Source of the DNA: Octopus vulgaris
Lineage: Eukaryota
Direction: 5' to 3'
Assembly (NCBI GenBank): GCA_951406725.2
Contig: OX597824.1
Location: forward strand, 32,488,001 to 32,552,000
Length of the DNA: 64,000 bases
Part shown: positions 50,621 through 63,925 of the stretch, piece by piece
Numbering within the stretch: the stretch's first letter is position 1
How the letters are laid out: each line of letters opens with the position of its first letter
Made by a program: the position numbers and the translations under genes
The notes under the pieces: model-generated
Seen by the model: only the letters and a program-made list of their open reading frames with translations
Told to the model about the DNA's origin: nothing
Databases searched by the model: none

Positions 50621-52179
50621 ATATATATTCTGGACTTGGTGACTGGTTTACAAGATTTAATTCTGATTTAGTTCTAATAAAATCAGTTGACAATTAAGCA
50701 CTAAATCTATAAACTAGTCACCAATTAAAGGAAATAGCATACACTATTTGAAGTGCAGTTAGTTAAAATTCAGATTATGTTTGATCTGAAATATAAATCA
50801 ATAATGAGAATTATGTTTTATAATTTATAAAGTGGGGAAATAAAAAAAAAGAAATGTAGTTTTTCATAGATTCAATTCTGTTAAAGAAATCAGAGAAATA
50901 CCACTACTATTAGTTGAAGCGAATGTGGCTTTGAGAAATGAACAGTTTCAATTTGGCGTAGAAGCAAACTGAAGTATTTGACACTCTAAAATTATCTGTT
51001 GCAAAAGTTTCTCAGAATTGTAGATTATATTTTAATACCAAAAAATATTTACTTTAAATAATGAATCAGACATTTTACTTGTTAGATTTATATATATAAC
51101 TCCAATAATGGCTGGAGTTCAATATTAAAATTCAATCTATTATTGTTGTCTCTCTCTATTACAAATTCTGCTAAGGGCAAGCCAGAACATATTTACCATA
51201 ACTATAGTTAGTATTACTAATATTCTGTTACTGTAATTTATTTTAACTAAGATTTTTTTAAAATTTGACTTAGAAAGAAAGAGAGGTTTTTAAACGTTCT
51301 GGTGCTTTGGATCCAGGTTCAATTCTTTCCCAAACCTCTTTGTTGTGTACATGGACAGGATAGTTACAAAACAATTAGCTGAAATGACGTTAAGAATAGT
51401 TTCTATTCACTATAATTTTGGCCTTAAATTAAGTAATTAAACTTCAAAGCTGCTTATAAAAATATTTCTACTTGAATGTATATGTAAAGGTATGACAATA
51501 TATGTTATAAAAACCAAGAAAGTGAGAAAGTTAAAAATATGAAATGCTTCAAGCAGGTAGTTGTGAAAAATAAGATTAAAAAAAAAAAGCAATAAAATTA
51601 TAAACAAAAAAAAAATGTGTAGATTTTTTAAAGAAGAATATCTCAAATCAATATCAGGAAAATAGTACAGTTATTCTGAAGAAGACATGCAATACAAGCT
51701 TGAGAAGCAATTTATTTAGAAAGAATTGTTCAAAATCAGAGAATGAAAAATTATCTTTAATAATCTTCGTTTATTAGATTAATTATGTATTTTACAATTA
51801 AATAAAATCAAAATTATTCATTGAAGCAGCAGAATCAAAAGCAGCAAAACTTGCAGCTAGTTTGTTTCTGGAGATCAACCTTGAATAAACAAAAATGTTT
51901 TTCTCACAAGATTAAATCTTTTTGTTAATAATTTAGTATTTGAAAAAAAAAACAAACAATAAAAAGTGAGATATTTTAATGAAACAGATACATGCTGTAA
52001 TTAATTGTACAGAACATTTGTGAGAAGAGTCCATTTGTTTGTTATGAAACAGGTGAAGTATTAATGAAAACCTTGTAATGTGAGTTAGTCATTTAATAAT
52101 GTCAGAGATTCTAAAAGCCGTATTTTAATAAAGAAAAGAAACAAAATGGTAACAAGCAAAGAAAGTAGAATCTACTTAC

Positions 52180-52352
52180 CAGCAATTACTTTGCTTCCTT
52201 TTTCAACTGAAGCATCACTTATATTGGCATCGCTGTAGTTCTGGCCTGGCATATCAGCATAAGCATTTCTCTCCTCTTCAATGTCCATTTCATGACGTCG
52301 AATATTTTCTAAATTCATTTTGTGATCTATTTCAGACTGGATGGTTCTGTCC
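52180..52352 (-). CDS. RyR: RyR exon, start of divergent region 2: DRTIQSEIDHKMNLENIRRHEMDIEEERNAYADMPGQNYSDANISDASVEKGSKVIA
   Basis: TTTTAG acceptor, GTAAGT donor, 173 nt, phase 2-1 fits both neighbours; sequence is divergent. Confidence 0.85.
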
Positions 52353-52434
52353 CTAAAAATTTCATATACATTATATAGTTTTATATAAGAAAAGCTTACT
52401 TTAGCATAAATTTTCTTCTTCATTTATATCATAT

Positions 52435-52803
52435 GAACAAAACGCCCCCATCCAATGGATGGTGCTGAGTTGTCAAACATTTAAACAATTAAACATTTAA
52501 ACAAATTTTCTCAAAACAACTTGTCTGACCGTCCCATAGGCCTCCCCTTTGAGAAACACTGATTTAACCTAAATTTGAGACACCAGCAAAAGAAGAAATA
52601 AAGACAGACTTTTTTCTATTTCAAAGAATGCTTTATTGATCGCATTCTCACCTGGAATCGATTTTTATAATTTTTTCAAGACTTATACCCGCCCTGATAC
52701 CGTTGGTATCTACATATCAAATTTGAGTGCAATCAGATGGAGGATGTCCGAGATCCTAGAAGACACATACACAGACAAACAGAACGGATTTTATATAATA
52801 GAT
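52435..52803 (-). mobile_element. Possible non-autonomous Helitron-like element
   Basis: Minus strand begins A|TCTATTATATAAAA followed by (TG)/(TCTG)-like repeats; the 3' end is not clearly defined. Confidence 0.45.
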
Positions 52804-53599
52804 ATACATAAGATCCAGTGCTTGTTACAGTATGGTGGCTTTATGTATCACAATAACCCTGAGAACTATGCCAGCAGAGAGCAAGTTCCTGGTAGAGCTT
52901 CCCATGTTGGAGAAGTCAAAAGATAAAAAAGTAAAAGTAAGGACCCTCTTTTGTCATGAATAATCATGGAATTGCACCTAAAAAGTTTCCCCTCAAAGCA
53001 CATCTGGGCAAGGTGTTTATAGAAGGCCAGCAGTTGCCCATGCATACCAGCCTCCCCTTTTCACACCACCAATATTATCCAAGGGAGAGGTAAAGGCTGA
53101 TACAGCTTGGTACTAGTGATATTGTAACTTATTTCTACAGCTGAGTGAACTGGAGCAACATGAAATAAAGTGTCTTACTCAAGAACACAACACACAGCCT
53201 TATCCAAGAATCAAACTCACTACCTCATGACTGTGAGTCCGATGCTTTAACCACTAAAGCCAAATGCCTTCAAAGAATAAAGGCAAAGAAATTATGAACT
53301 ACCACTTTCCAGAGGTAAAAATGGGTTTGCATATGGCCAACATCCCTGCTTAGAAAAAAAAAAACAAAGTTACAGAAGCATTGTTGATAATTCAAAATCA
53401 ACATAATGTGAGAAGTGAAGGCCTTCATTCAGGGAAACACTTGACACAAACTAAGTGGAAAGAAGCAGAAAAGACAATTCAAAGTTATGAACAGTGGGAA
53501 AAAAGTCATTGATGGTCTGTGCTCCAGTGGGAGCAAAGTGCTTAAAGAAGTATACATGCACATACATATCTAAAAACTTCAGTATGAACTTTTCTGCTA

Positions 53600-53950
53600 T
53601 GTCTGGTGAGAAATCTGGCATATGCCATTTTATGTACAGGTTACTTTTTACGATAAAACTTCTCTCAGATCTTCTATGCTGGATTTGTTAGCTTCATCTC
53701 TTGTGAAGGGTAGGAGAGTCCAGTTTGCTGGACATTGTTGTAGAGCTGAAAAAGAAGTAATTTCTACTCTTCTCCTCTGGAAGCCATCTACTCGCAACAC
53801 CAGAGGGCGCACACTCTCCTACCCTGATGTAATCTCCAGGGATACAGGCATCCAGCAACAGGACCTCCGTAATGCTATGATGGACCGTGAAGTCTGGCGC
53901 AACATGGTAAATTCCATTGTCTCGACCACGGTCGAACAATGATGATGATG
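53600..53950 (+). mobile_element. RTE-like LINE 3' end with (GAT)n tail
   Basis: RRVQFAGHCCR...LLWKP...RGR.LSYPDVISRDTG...AMMDREVWR, then stop and GATGATGATG. Confidence 0.8.
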
Positions 53951-54022
53951 TTGCTTTCAAAGCATTTTGTTTAATTGTCTCTTAAATGTAGTAGAGCTCA
54001 GAAAATCTTTAGTTGTGTGGAT

Positions 54023-54054
<32 letters not shown>

Positions 54055-54669
54055 CCACCACCACCACCACCACCACCATTATAGAAATGTAAATTTAAAA
54101 TATGAACGAGGGCAATCAGTGTCCACACGTTGATGGAATGACATCATTGGTCTTTAAGTTTCAATTTTATAATTTATTTAATAGAAAAAGACAGAAAAAA
54201 AAGAAGAAAGAAAAAAGAAAAGGAAAAAGAAGAATATTTAATCAAACAGTTTTGTATAAATTTGATGATATTCTCCTGTCATTTTATTAATTCCTCCAGG
54301 GTGTGATGTTAATAACCTGCAAACATATTTCTCCTCATGCATTCTGAGTAGTGAAAGTGAAGCAGATTCAGAATATTTTCTGAGAATATGCACTTTCAAA
54401 TCTTTTTCAAAATTGCAGTCATTTGAAACGAAATGTTTGGCAAGTTCTGTCGAACTACTGTTATCATGTCTGACATCGAATCTGTGCCCATTAAACCTTT
54501 TATTTGATTGTTCTGTGATACAACAGAAGATTTCAGGCAGATGTTCAAAGCATTCTCATTGCCCAACCAAAATTTTAGTGGGTGTGCTTGTATACTCTGC
54601 ACCTCTGGTTCCTGAGCCAGTGAACAGCATCATTATAAATTATTAATGACAAGGTAGGCTTTTACTTAC

Positions 54670-54789
54670 CTAGCAACATATTCTTCCATACAAGTTACTG
54701 GTAAACTTAGGCGAACGTATTCCAAGCATACGTGTTCCAAAGTACCAAAGTTTTTTGAAGAAATTTTTAATGCTGGTGTGATGTTAGTT
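54670..54789 (-). CDS. RyR: RyR exon: TNITPALKISSKNFGTLEHVCLEYVRLSLPVTCMEEYVA(R)
   Basis: TTTCAG acceptor, GTAAGT donor, 120 nt, phase 2-2; conserved RLSLPV. Confidence 0.94.
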
Positions 54790-55209
54790 CTGAAAACGCA
54801 AAAAAATAATCAAGATTAGAATAAATAATCTAGAAATTGGGAAAATGATATTTAATATTAAGTTGCCATATAAAGCAGTCAATTAACAAAAATGTTAGCA
54901 TGCTGGGTAAAATGCTTAGTGATATTCCGTCTTTCCGTTCTGAGTTCAAGTTCTGCCAAGTGTCTTCTACTATAGCCCCAGGCTGACCAAAGCCTTGTGA
55001 GTTGGTTTGGTAGACAGAAACTGCATGGAAACCTACTGTATAGATACATACATGCATACATCATATGCATGTACATATGTGTGTGTATGTGTGTATGTGT
55101 GTGTTTATGTTTGTTTCCCCACTACCACTTGACAATCGGTGCTGGTTATTTACATTCCGGCAGCTTAGTGGTTCAGTAAAAGAGATTGACAGAATACGTA
55201 ACAGACTTG

Positions 55210-55246
<37 letters not shown>

Positions 55247-55507
55247 AGTCCAGTGACTAAAACAAGTAAAGGATAAAAGATTAAAACTAACACTGCACCC
55301 CTCCCTAATTTATATATGTAATATATGTTCTTTAGAGATGAAGCCTACTTATACTCCCCAAGGTGCCACGCAGTAAGACTGGACCTGAAACCATATGGCT
55401 GTAAAGCTTCTTAACTACACAGCCTCGCCTATGAAGAACATTACATAATATACCTTTATCAACTTGCAAAATTAAAATAGCTATAAAATGTTTATAGAAA
55501 TACATAC

Positions 55508-55612
55508 CCTCCAGGTATTCTTACAGCTTCCAAACGGGAATGGTCTGAAGTCAATGGCTCAAAAATAGGTTGATTTTTTGAATACCAGAGTGTCATTTGT
55601 CTTGTCATATTT
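55508..55612 (-). CDS. RyR: RyR exon: NMTRQMTLWYSKNQPIFEPLTSDHSRLEAVRIPG(G)
   Basis: TATAG acceptor, GTATGT donor, 105 nt, phase 2-2. Confidence 0.94.
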
Positions 55613-55647
55613 CTATAATAGATAAACAAAACATAAATTCATATCTG

Positions 55648-55690
<43 letters not shown>

Positions 55691-57168
55691 TATATATCAA
55701 TGTGAATGTGTGTTTTTATTTAAAGTTATATTTAAAAACAATTTGATATTAAATGGAAGAGTTATTTGATCCTTTTCGATATAGAGTACATGTTTATCAA
55801 ACTTTTATTAGAATAGTGACTTCGAAGTTTCATCTTGCTAACCTTCAGCTCTTTTTTGCTTCTATAGTGTATCTAAAATACATTATTCAATGGCTCTCTT
55901 TCTTCTTTTAAGATGATAGGTGTAATATGATGTGAGATTTGACTGCTATTTCTTGCAACTCAAGCAATCACATAAAGGCCTTTTTTGTTTCCTCAAAACA
56001 TTTATAGATTTCCCTCCCTTCCCTCATCATCAGGATTATACATTACACCATTATCATCATCATCTAACGTTCATGTTCCATGCTGGCATGGGTTGGATTA
56101 CAATGATGAGATTATTTTTTTACTGATAAGTATGACTCATTCAACTTACTTCTCCTGACAAAGATACTCTTTTACTCAGGGAAGAATTGAATTATGTTCT
56201 GCAACTTCATCAACACTACTGCTTAGAATGAAGAACTATACCACATTATGTTACTTATGTACTTATTAATCTTTGCTGTAAGCTGTATGGTGTAAGTTTT
56301 ATATGAATAAGGACAGAGACCCACTTTCAGCTCTTATTTGTAATTGCTTTTCCTAATCTGGATGCCTCAAAGAAAGTTCATCATCATCATCATCATCATT
56401 TAACGTCCGCTTTCCATGCTAGCATGGGTTGGACGATTTGACTGAGGTCTAGTGAACCAGATTCCAATCTGATCTGGCAGAGTTTCTACAGCTAGATGCC
56501 CTTCCTAATGCCAACCATTCCGAGAGTGTAGCGGGTTGCTTTTACATGCCACCGGCATGAGGGCCAGTTGGTACTGGCAACGGCCATGCTCAAATGGTGC
56601 TTTTTATGTGCCACCTGCACAGGAGCCAGTCCAGCGGCACTGGCGACGACCTCGCTCAAATTTTTTTTTTTTTCACATGCCACCAGTACAAGTGCTAGTA
56701 AGGCGATGTGGTAATGATCACACTCGAATGGTGCGTTTAATGTGCCATCGGCATGAAGACCAGCTTGTTGCTCTGGCAATGATCTCACTCATATGGTACT
56801 CTTAGCACTCCACTAGCAACGGATGCCAGTCACCGAGTTTGATTTCGATTTCATGTGCTTCAACAAGTCTTCACAATCGAGTTTGATTTCGACATAAATA
56901 TTAATTTGCATATTTTCTCCTCTAGAAAGCTGAAGCTTCATAAGTATATAATCCCCAATCACTTCTCTGCAAGTGAATGTTTGAAATCAATGGAATAAGA
57001 ACCAAAATATATTGGTATTTTATCACCTCCGAAATGACTTGAAGAAATGGTGATCTGGATGAAATTTGAACTGGAAATGGGAAGCATTAAACTAAATACT
57101 ATTCATTGGCTTTCACTAAATATATCACTTCTAATACACTTAGAGATAATGATAAAAGATATACATAC

Positions 57169-57233
57169 ACACAGAATGGTTCATAACCTTCCTGGAGACC
57201 ATAGCAAGTAAAATATTTCAGCTTATTGATGTC
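57169..57233 (-). CDS. RyR: RyR exon: DINKLKYFTCYGLQEGYEPFC(V)
   Basis: TTGTAG acceptor, GTATGT donor, 65 nt, phase 0-2; conserved GLQEGYEPF. Confidence 0.95.
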
Positions 57234-58458
57234 CTACAAATAAAGAACAGAAAATTTAAATTAGAGATACAATATATATAATTAATAACCAATAAGTATT
57301 TTAATATTCAATTAATTAAAAAAATAAAAGTTTTATTTAGATGACTAAATTGTAAAGAAATTTATATAGTCAATATTGTTAACTATGATACTGATGCAGC
57401 ATGTTTGTGGATGAGTTTATATAAATTTACATGTTTAAATTTAATTGGTTTAAACATTTGGCACAAGGCCAGTGATTTGGGAGAGGGGGTAAGTCGATTA
57501 TATTGACCCCACTACCACCAGAAATGGCAGCGAGCTGGCAGAAATGGTTGCATGCCAGGCGAAATGCTTAGCGGTATTTCGTCTGCCGCTACGTTCTGAG
57601 TTCAAATTCCGCCGAGGTCGACTTTGCCTTTCATCCTTTCGGGGTTGAATAAATGAGTACCAGTTATGCACTGAGGGTCGATGTAATCGACTTAACACCC
57701 TTGTCTGTCCTTGTTTGCCCCCTCTATGTTTAGCCCCCTGTGGGCAATAAAGAAATACATTGACCCCCCCAGAGTTTAACTGATACTTATTTTATCGACC
57801 CTAAAAGGATAAATGACAATGTCAACACAGGCAGTATTTGAATTCAGAACATAGCATACACTTTACCTTGCTTTACAAATAACAGGCCTCCAGGGATCAA
57901 ATGAAAGGTCTCTCTCAGCATAAGAAGCTTAAGAACAACTCGGAATTTTGTCTGTTTTTCAGGAGTATTTGTTTCATTTGAGTGAGAGAGAGAGAGAGAA
58001 ATAAGGAGGGAAAGAGAAAGAGGAGGGGGAATGTGAAATAGGAGGGGGAAGGAGAAAGCAGAGGGAGGGAAGGAGAATGTAGTTTACCCTTACATATTAA
58101 AAACACAATGACCAACATGTACTGCTTTTGCTTATCTCCTTATTAGTACAGTGAAGGCGTGTGACTTAGTGGCTAGGGATATTTGGCTCATGATTGTAGG
58201 GTCATGAGTTCAATTCCTGGTGGTGAGTTGTGTTCTTCAGCAAGATACTTTATTTCACATTGCTCCAGTCCACTCAGCTGGTAAAAATGAGTAGTATCAG
58301 TATTTCAAAGACTCCAGCCTTGTGTGTGTGTCTGCATAACCCTATTTTTTATTATCATTTTAGTGATATATATTTTAGAACTAAGCTAATTATGAATATA
58401 AATTGAAAGAGAGAATTAATACCTCCTCCCCACCACAAAATTTAATTTGATTACTTAC

Positions 58459-58517
58459 CTGCCCAAAACTGACTCTGGCTTGTTGGTGAGCACCAAGGGT
58501 GAAAGCAGGTACATAAC
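58459..58517 (-). CDS. RyR: RyR exon: (G)YVPAFTLGAHQQARVSFGQ
   Basis: TTCTAG acceptor, GTAAGT donor, 59 nt, phase 1-0. Confidence 0.94.
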
Positions 58518-58740
58518 CTAGAAAGAAAACATCGGGTGGTTATAAAAATAAAAGGAAAAAACACATGGTATCTTTTGGTGGCCAGTTAGCAGAAGGGAAA
58601 TAATAGTTTCTTCACAATATTTGGTGGGATTAGAAGTATGAAGTTTAAAATTCAGAAACAAGGAAGAAGTTTAATAACACTAAATTATTTTTGCAGTTTG
58701 AAAGATTTGTCATATTTCATTTGATTTTGAAAATAGTTAC

Positions 58741-58818
58741 CTTCATTTGTTTCGATATCCCGGAAAGCTATCTCTTGGCCTAAGGCGTCCATCATTAATT
58801 CACCATTTAAGGAGAATG
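58741..58818 (-). CDS. RyR: RyR exon, SPRY2: (T)FSLNGELMMDALGQEIAFRDIETNE
   Basis: TTTCAG acceptor, GTAACT donor, 78 nt, phase 1-1. Confidence 0.95.
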
Positions 58819-58870
58819 CTGAAAATTAAAATAAGAAAATCCATTAAAACACACTTTGACTTGTTTTAAT

Positions 58871-59319
58871 TCATACATATAAAGCTGAAGTTGTCTGTGT
58901 GTATGTGTGTGTGTGTCGCAGGTTTGGTAGCCTTCAACTAACACTATCTCCTCCAAGTCCCTGCAGCACAAGTTGATCACAATTAAGAGTATGATAGAAG
59001 AAGGCTTGCTCTTCCTTTCGTAGAAGAAAAAATTCAAATTGGACCATGTTAAGACCAAAAATTATTTACCTCAAAAAGATGCTTTTTTTCTATGAAAATC
59101 CCTATTTTTTATGATTTTTTGACTGCTGTGTCGCCATTTTTTGGTGTATTTCAACCAGAAAAATGTTCACTTAAAGAGAATAACAAGCTACATAATGCAG
59201 AATTTTTACTTTTCAAAAAAGATTTAACTATGTCAAAACTTTGTTAATGCGACATCACAGTCTGCTGTTTTAAGCACAACTAAAAAACAAACCCGAGCAA
59301 CGCCGGGCTATACAGCTAG
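58871..59319 (+). mobile_element. Non-autonomous Helitron
   Basis: 5' TC...TATAAAG start; subterminal GC hairpin CCCGAGCAACGCCGGG at 59292-59307; CTAG|T end. Confidence 0.75.
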
Positions 59320-59401
59320 TATGAATGTAAAGTAAAATAAAGCATTAAGTAAATAGGAATGAAAGATAATCATTTAAAATACACAAAATATCTTTACTTA
59401 C

Positions 59402-59498
59402 TTATGATAAAATCATTAAGATCTAACATGCAACCAATAACATCTCCTGCTTGCCAACATTTCCCATAAGGTTCAGAACCTTGGAACCATTTTCTTGC
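59402..59498 (-). CDS. RyR: RyR exon, SPRY2: ARKWFQGSEPYGKCWQAGDVIGCMLDLNDFII
   Basis: AAAG acceptor, GTAAGT donor, 97 nt, phase 0-1. Confidence 0.95.
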
Positions 59499-60858
59499 CT
59501 TTATAAAGTGAAAAAAAAAAATGTTTAACCAATTAGGTTATTCAAATTTATGTTATTATTATCTAAGATATTCACAATAATTATTACCTGCATATCATTA
59601 GGTGAGCTGGTAAAATCATTAGCACATTAGGAAAATGCTTAGCGGCATTTCATCCACCTTTTATGTCTTGATTTCAAAACCTACTGAGGTCAACTTTCAT
59701 CCTTTCTGAGTGGAAATGGGAATCAATATAATTGACTTAATATAATTGACTTAAATATAATTGACTTAAAACCACCGGAATTGCTAGCCTTGTGCCAAAA
59801 CTTGAAACTAGTAATTACTACTTGCATAATCACAGCAAAGAAGGATTATCTTCATTGATAGCATCTCGTTGTAATTGTTTTCATTTGAGCCAAGAATTAA
59901 TAGCAAGAATTGCTTCTGTAGTTGTCCCTTAACAACACATCATGTTAAAGGCTATTTGTAAGGATGATACATTTGTTTAATCAATTAAATCCCTTTATCA
60001 TGCTTATTTTTATCATGCTCCCTATTTATTTTTATTGCCCCCTGTTCCACTATTCTGATGAATTGTTCTGTTTGATAGCTACTAAATTCTGATCGATTGA
60101 TCTCCAAGTCATTTATTATCAATATTTTGGAACATTGAAATTTGTATCACACTGTTTCTATCAGCCCTCAGATTACTAGTTCCATGCATTGTCACACCCC
60201 CATCCTTGATTCACTGGTGAGGTCCCTAGTCAACACATACCAACCTCTTCCCCACAGACATACTGTGTCTCTTCTCTCTGCCTTTCCTATCACTACTATA
60301 CTAGCCTCTGCCCTTTAGGGTTTCTTGTTCTCATGTCTGCATAATTCAAGTAACTTCTAAGTTACTCGTCTTTCTGCATCTTACATAACCCATTTTGTGT
60401 CACTTCCCTAGCTCCAACACTAGTCCCTACATTCAGACCTTCCTTCTCAGATCATTAGATCTCTACAATTCCCACCTTGCTCATATTTTTTTCTTGATAT
60501 CATCAACTTGTAATTATTGAAGATATTGAAGAGGAATATTAGCACCACCAATCTCAACCAGTTTCATACAACATGTGGCCTATAGAGACATAACTCTTTC
60601 TAACCAGACCAATCAATTGAAAATACTTATTCCTCCCTGAATGCACAATCTTTGTTGTAATATGATAATACTCAAATTTATTTTATTATAAAATCACTTT
60701 TTCCATCCATCATCTCTCATTTTCTTTCTCTTTCACTCTTTCTTCCTCTTCCTCTTTCTCTGCCTCCCTCTCTCTTAATCTTTCTTTTACACATAGACTA
60801 TCTTTTTCTCACTGATAGAAAATCTAGTATAATTTATTAAAATAATTCGATTTCTTAC

Positions 60859-60979
60859 CAAAAAGCCATCAAAACCGTAGGATAAGCCATCAGTTCCCAA
60901 TTCACACCCAGGATCAAAGGAAGCCTTGGCCCATCCAAGTCGCATATAGCCAGGAGTGATTACTTCAAACTCATAGTAC
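60859..60979 (-). CDS. RyR: RyR exon, SPRY2: YYEFEVITPGYMRLGWAKASFDPGCELGTDGLSYGFDGFL
   Basis: TCTAG acceptor, GTAAGA donor, 121 nt, phase 2-0; SPRY motif. Confidence 0.96.
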
Positions 60980-62138
60980 CTAGATAAAGTAAACAGATGT
61001 TGTTGACACATTTAATTCAAATATGATTAAAAATCGTTTTCATTATAAATCCAGAAAATGGACATATCCAATTATCTATTCCAGCAAAATACTCAGAAAA
61101 GAACAAGCAATTTTTGGAAATTTGATATAAATTGGAAAAAATTTCAAATTTATGGAAGGATCAGAAATAGATCTGTTAATCATCTCTAGTAGTTCTTAAG
61201 AACATGTGGTCCTTTTACTATTTCTAACTTATATTTGATGCTCTAATAATGGAATTTAAACATTAAATGCTCATGGAAAATTCTCCACTTATGTTATTAA
61301 TACTCACAGCACTGGTTAAATTTTTGTTGGTCATGTAACAAGCAAATCACATGCAAATTTGTTCTCACAACGTCTTTCTTTTAGTTAGCAAAAATAACTT
61401 TCTGGAAATACCCCTTTTGGTTAATATTAATAATATTCTGGAAAGTACTCCACTAGCATAAATGATTTAACTCAGTTCTCATCTTCCAAGTCTACATGCA
61501 CAGAGCTGGTTGGAAGGAAACAATCCTAGTTCAGGATTACATCCAACATATTCAAAGTTATGATGATAAAAATAAGATGTGTAACAGTGAGAAGTAGCAA
61601 TGTTTATGTATTAACTGTTAGGTAGCAAAGGCATTGAGGTCAGAAACTTGGAAAAATATTTACAACAGTTCAGTAGTTCAGATTTATGGTTTGTGGGATT
61701 TGTCTTGAAACAGGATAAAAAACTTATCTATAACAGATGTTTATAGAAGGCAACAGGTTCCATACCCATATGGGTTTGCCTTTTCCAAGAGAAACCATTG
61801 GATTTTGAAGGGAGTGGTACAATTGCCATACATATTTTGATAAACTTGTTGATCTTTTTACCAGGCAGTTAAAGGAATTTTTGTGTAGATAAAATCTTGC
61901 CTTGAAGTTGCTTTCTGTGGCTCTGCTTTATGTGTAGGACTATTATCAGTCTGGATCTTTGCCCTATAAACAGCTACCTCAACCAAGAAGTTGCCATTAA
62001 AAATGGCAGTTACTAGGATTTTTACAGTAGCACTTTGGACTGCAGTCATATCTATTAGATTAATTGAATTACAATATTCCAATTAACAAGCTATGATAAA
62101 TGGAAAAAAATTAAGCTAATGTTTGAAGATTTACTCAC

Positions 62139-62220
62139 CACTTGCCGTGTGAAATTGCATAAGTAAGTTCTGCTCTGTATGTTCTTGATGTAGATTTCTT
62201 TTCAGCTATTGTCTGTGTCA
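62139..62220 (-). CDS. RyR: RyR exon, start of SPRY2: (V)TQTIAEKKSTSRTYRAELTYAISHGK(W)
   Basis: TTTTAG acceptor, GTGAGT donor, 82 nt, phase 1-2. Confidence 0.93.
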
Positions 62221-63925
62221 CTAAAAGAAAAGAAAAAATTGATAAACATGTGATAGAAAAGTAAAGAAATAATAATAAAAAAAGTATAATGAAAAAAAAA
62301 AAAAATTGATTAGAAGTGTTTTGGTAGCATGAGCCAGTGAGGCAATGTTTATGTGGTCACCTTCCCCACTAAAAGCAGCAACTAAAGTACTAAAGAAAGT
62401 GAAACTACAGCCAAATGATAGGAAACATGAAAGATACCAATGCTTCCCATAAGATTTACAAATGAATCATTTTTAGTGAATCAAGATGTTATTATTTACA
62501 TTCTTAAGTAAAGCCTATATCTGTACTCATATGACTTGGCTTGTTTGAATAATTAAGTCTTTTTGTTATCATATTTCTGTAAAACCATACTGCCTTTGTT
62601 ACAGATAAGTTTGAAAATAATTAGGTTTGTAAAGTAACTGTTATAATCAAGCTGGTGTTTGGAGCATAAATGAATATATGCTTTGATGAAAAGTTTTAAT
62701 TCCAATAATTTTGAAGCAAGAAATTTATATTACAGAAAGAAATGCAGTTTCAGGCAGATTGATTTGAAAAACATTATAAAAATATTGAGAGATTTTTGGT
62801 CTCAAGGAGGTTATCTTCAAATAAATTAATTTCAGCTGAAAAGTGACATAAGCTTTACATTATCAACATGAGTATGTCACAAAGGATGATAACAAGAAGG
62901 ACATCTAGTGGTAAAGAGCTTAACCAAGAGCTCATACAAAATATTATTACCAGAAACATAACAACAAACATTAACAGAATCAGTATGAGTCAGTGAGAGA
63001 ATCTTTATGTGGTTGCTTTCCCTGCTAAAAGTAGCAACTGAATTTCTTCAAATCTTTCCTTGCCTTCTTAAAAATGCGTGAGCACATTAGGAAATGTTGA
63101 CCTAGTTCTGCAGAAATACAGGATAATCACAGTTAGAACACCTTTGACCTTATGACTACTCAGTCAAAGTTGATCTGGGCTAAGCATCAATAACAGTAGA
63201 AGTTGAACTAGTAGTGAAGGCATTAGGGTCAGGATACATGAAAGTTTGCTGAATAAAATGGACTTCTAAGCAGACCACTGTAGAATCCACTGTAGCAAGG
63301 TTGAACATCATCACCATTTAACATTCACTTTCCCATGCCTACAAGGGTCAGAAAGGATTTGTTGAAGAATGTTTTCTACAGCCAGATGCCCTTCCTGTCA
63401 TCACCAACCTTCACCTGTTTCCAAGCAAAGTAATATTTCTCCATGGCCAGACATGTTTTTCACAAACAACATCAAATGTAGACTGTCATGCTTGTTTACA
63501 ACCATAGTATAAAGACAAGAGCACATACACACATACGTGCACATACACATGTGTACACACACATACATGCACATACACATACATTTACACACACATGTAT
63601 ACACATATACATGTACACACACGTACACACACACAAACAATTACATTATGGGATTCTTTCAATTTCTGTCTGCAAAATCCACTCACAAGGTTTTGGTGGG
63701 CTCAAGGCTGTAACAGAACAGATGCAGAGAAAAACTACTGAAAGTAAACCTGATGAATAGGATATTGATAATCATAATGAAGTTACTATACTCAAGCACC
63801 TGAACAGAGTACATAAATTGCATACAATACCATTCTAACATATGATTATTAATTCTTTGATAGAGCTGAACTAATCAATCAATGTTAGTGGTCAATATAA
63901 CTTGATGGTGGTGCAGAATAAATAC

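Noticed and set aside
54240-54646. Short ORFs, and a 12-nt match (GGTGTGATGTTA) to the neighbouring exon suggesting a duplicated exon
   Set aside because: The match is too short, the translation is not similar, and there is no suitable donor.
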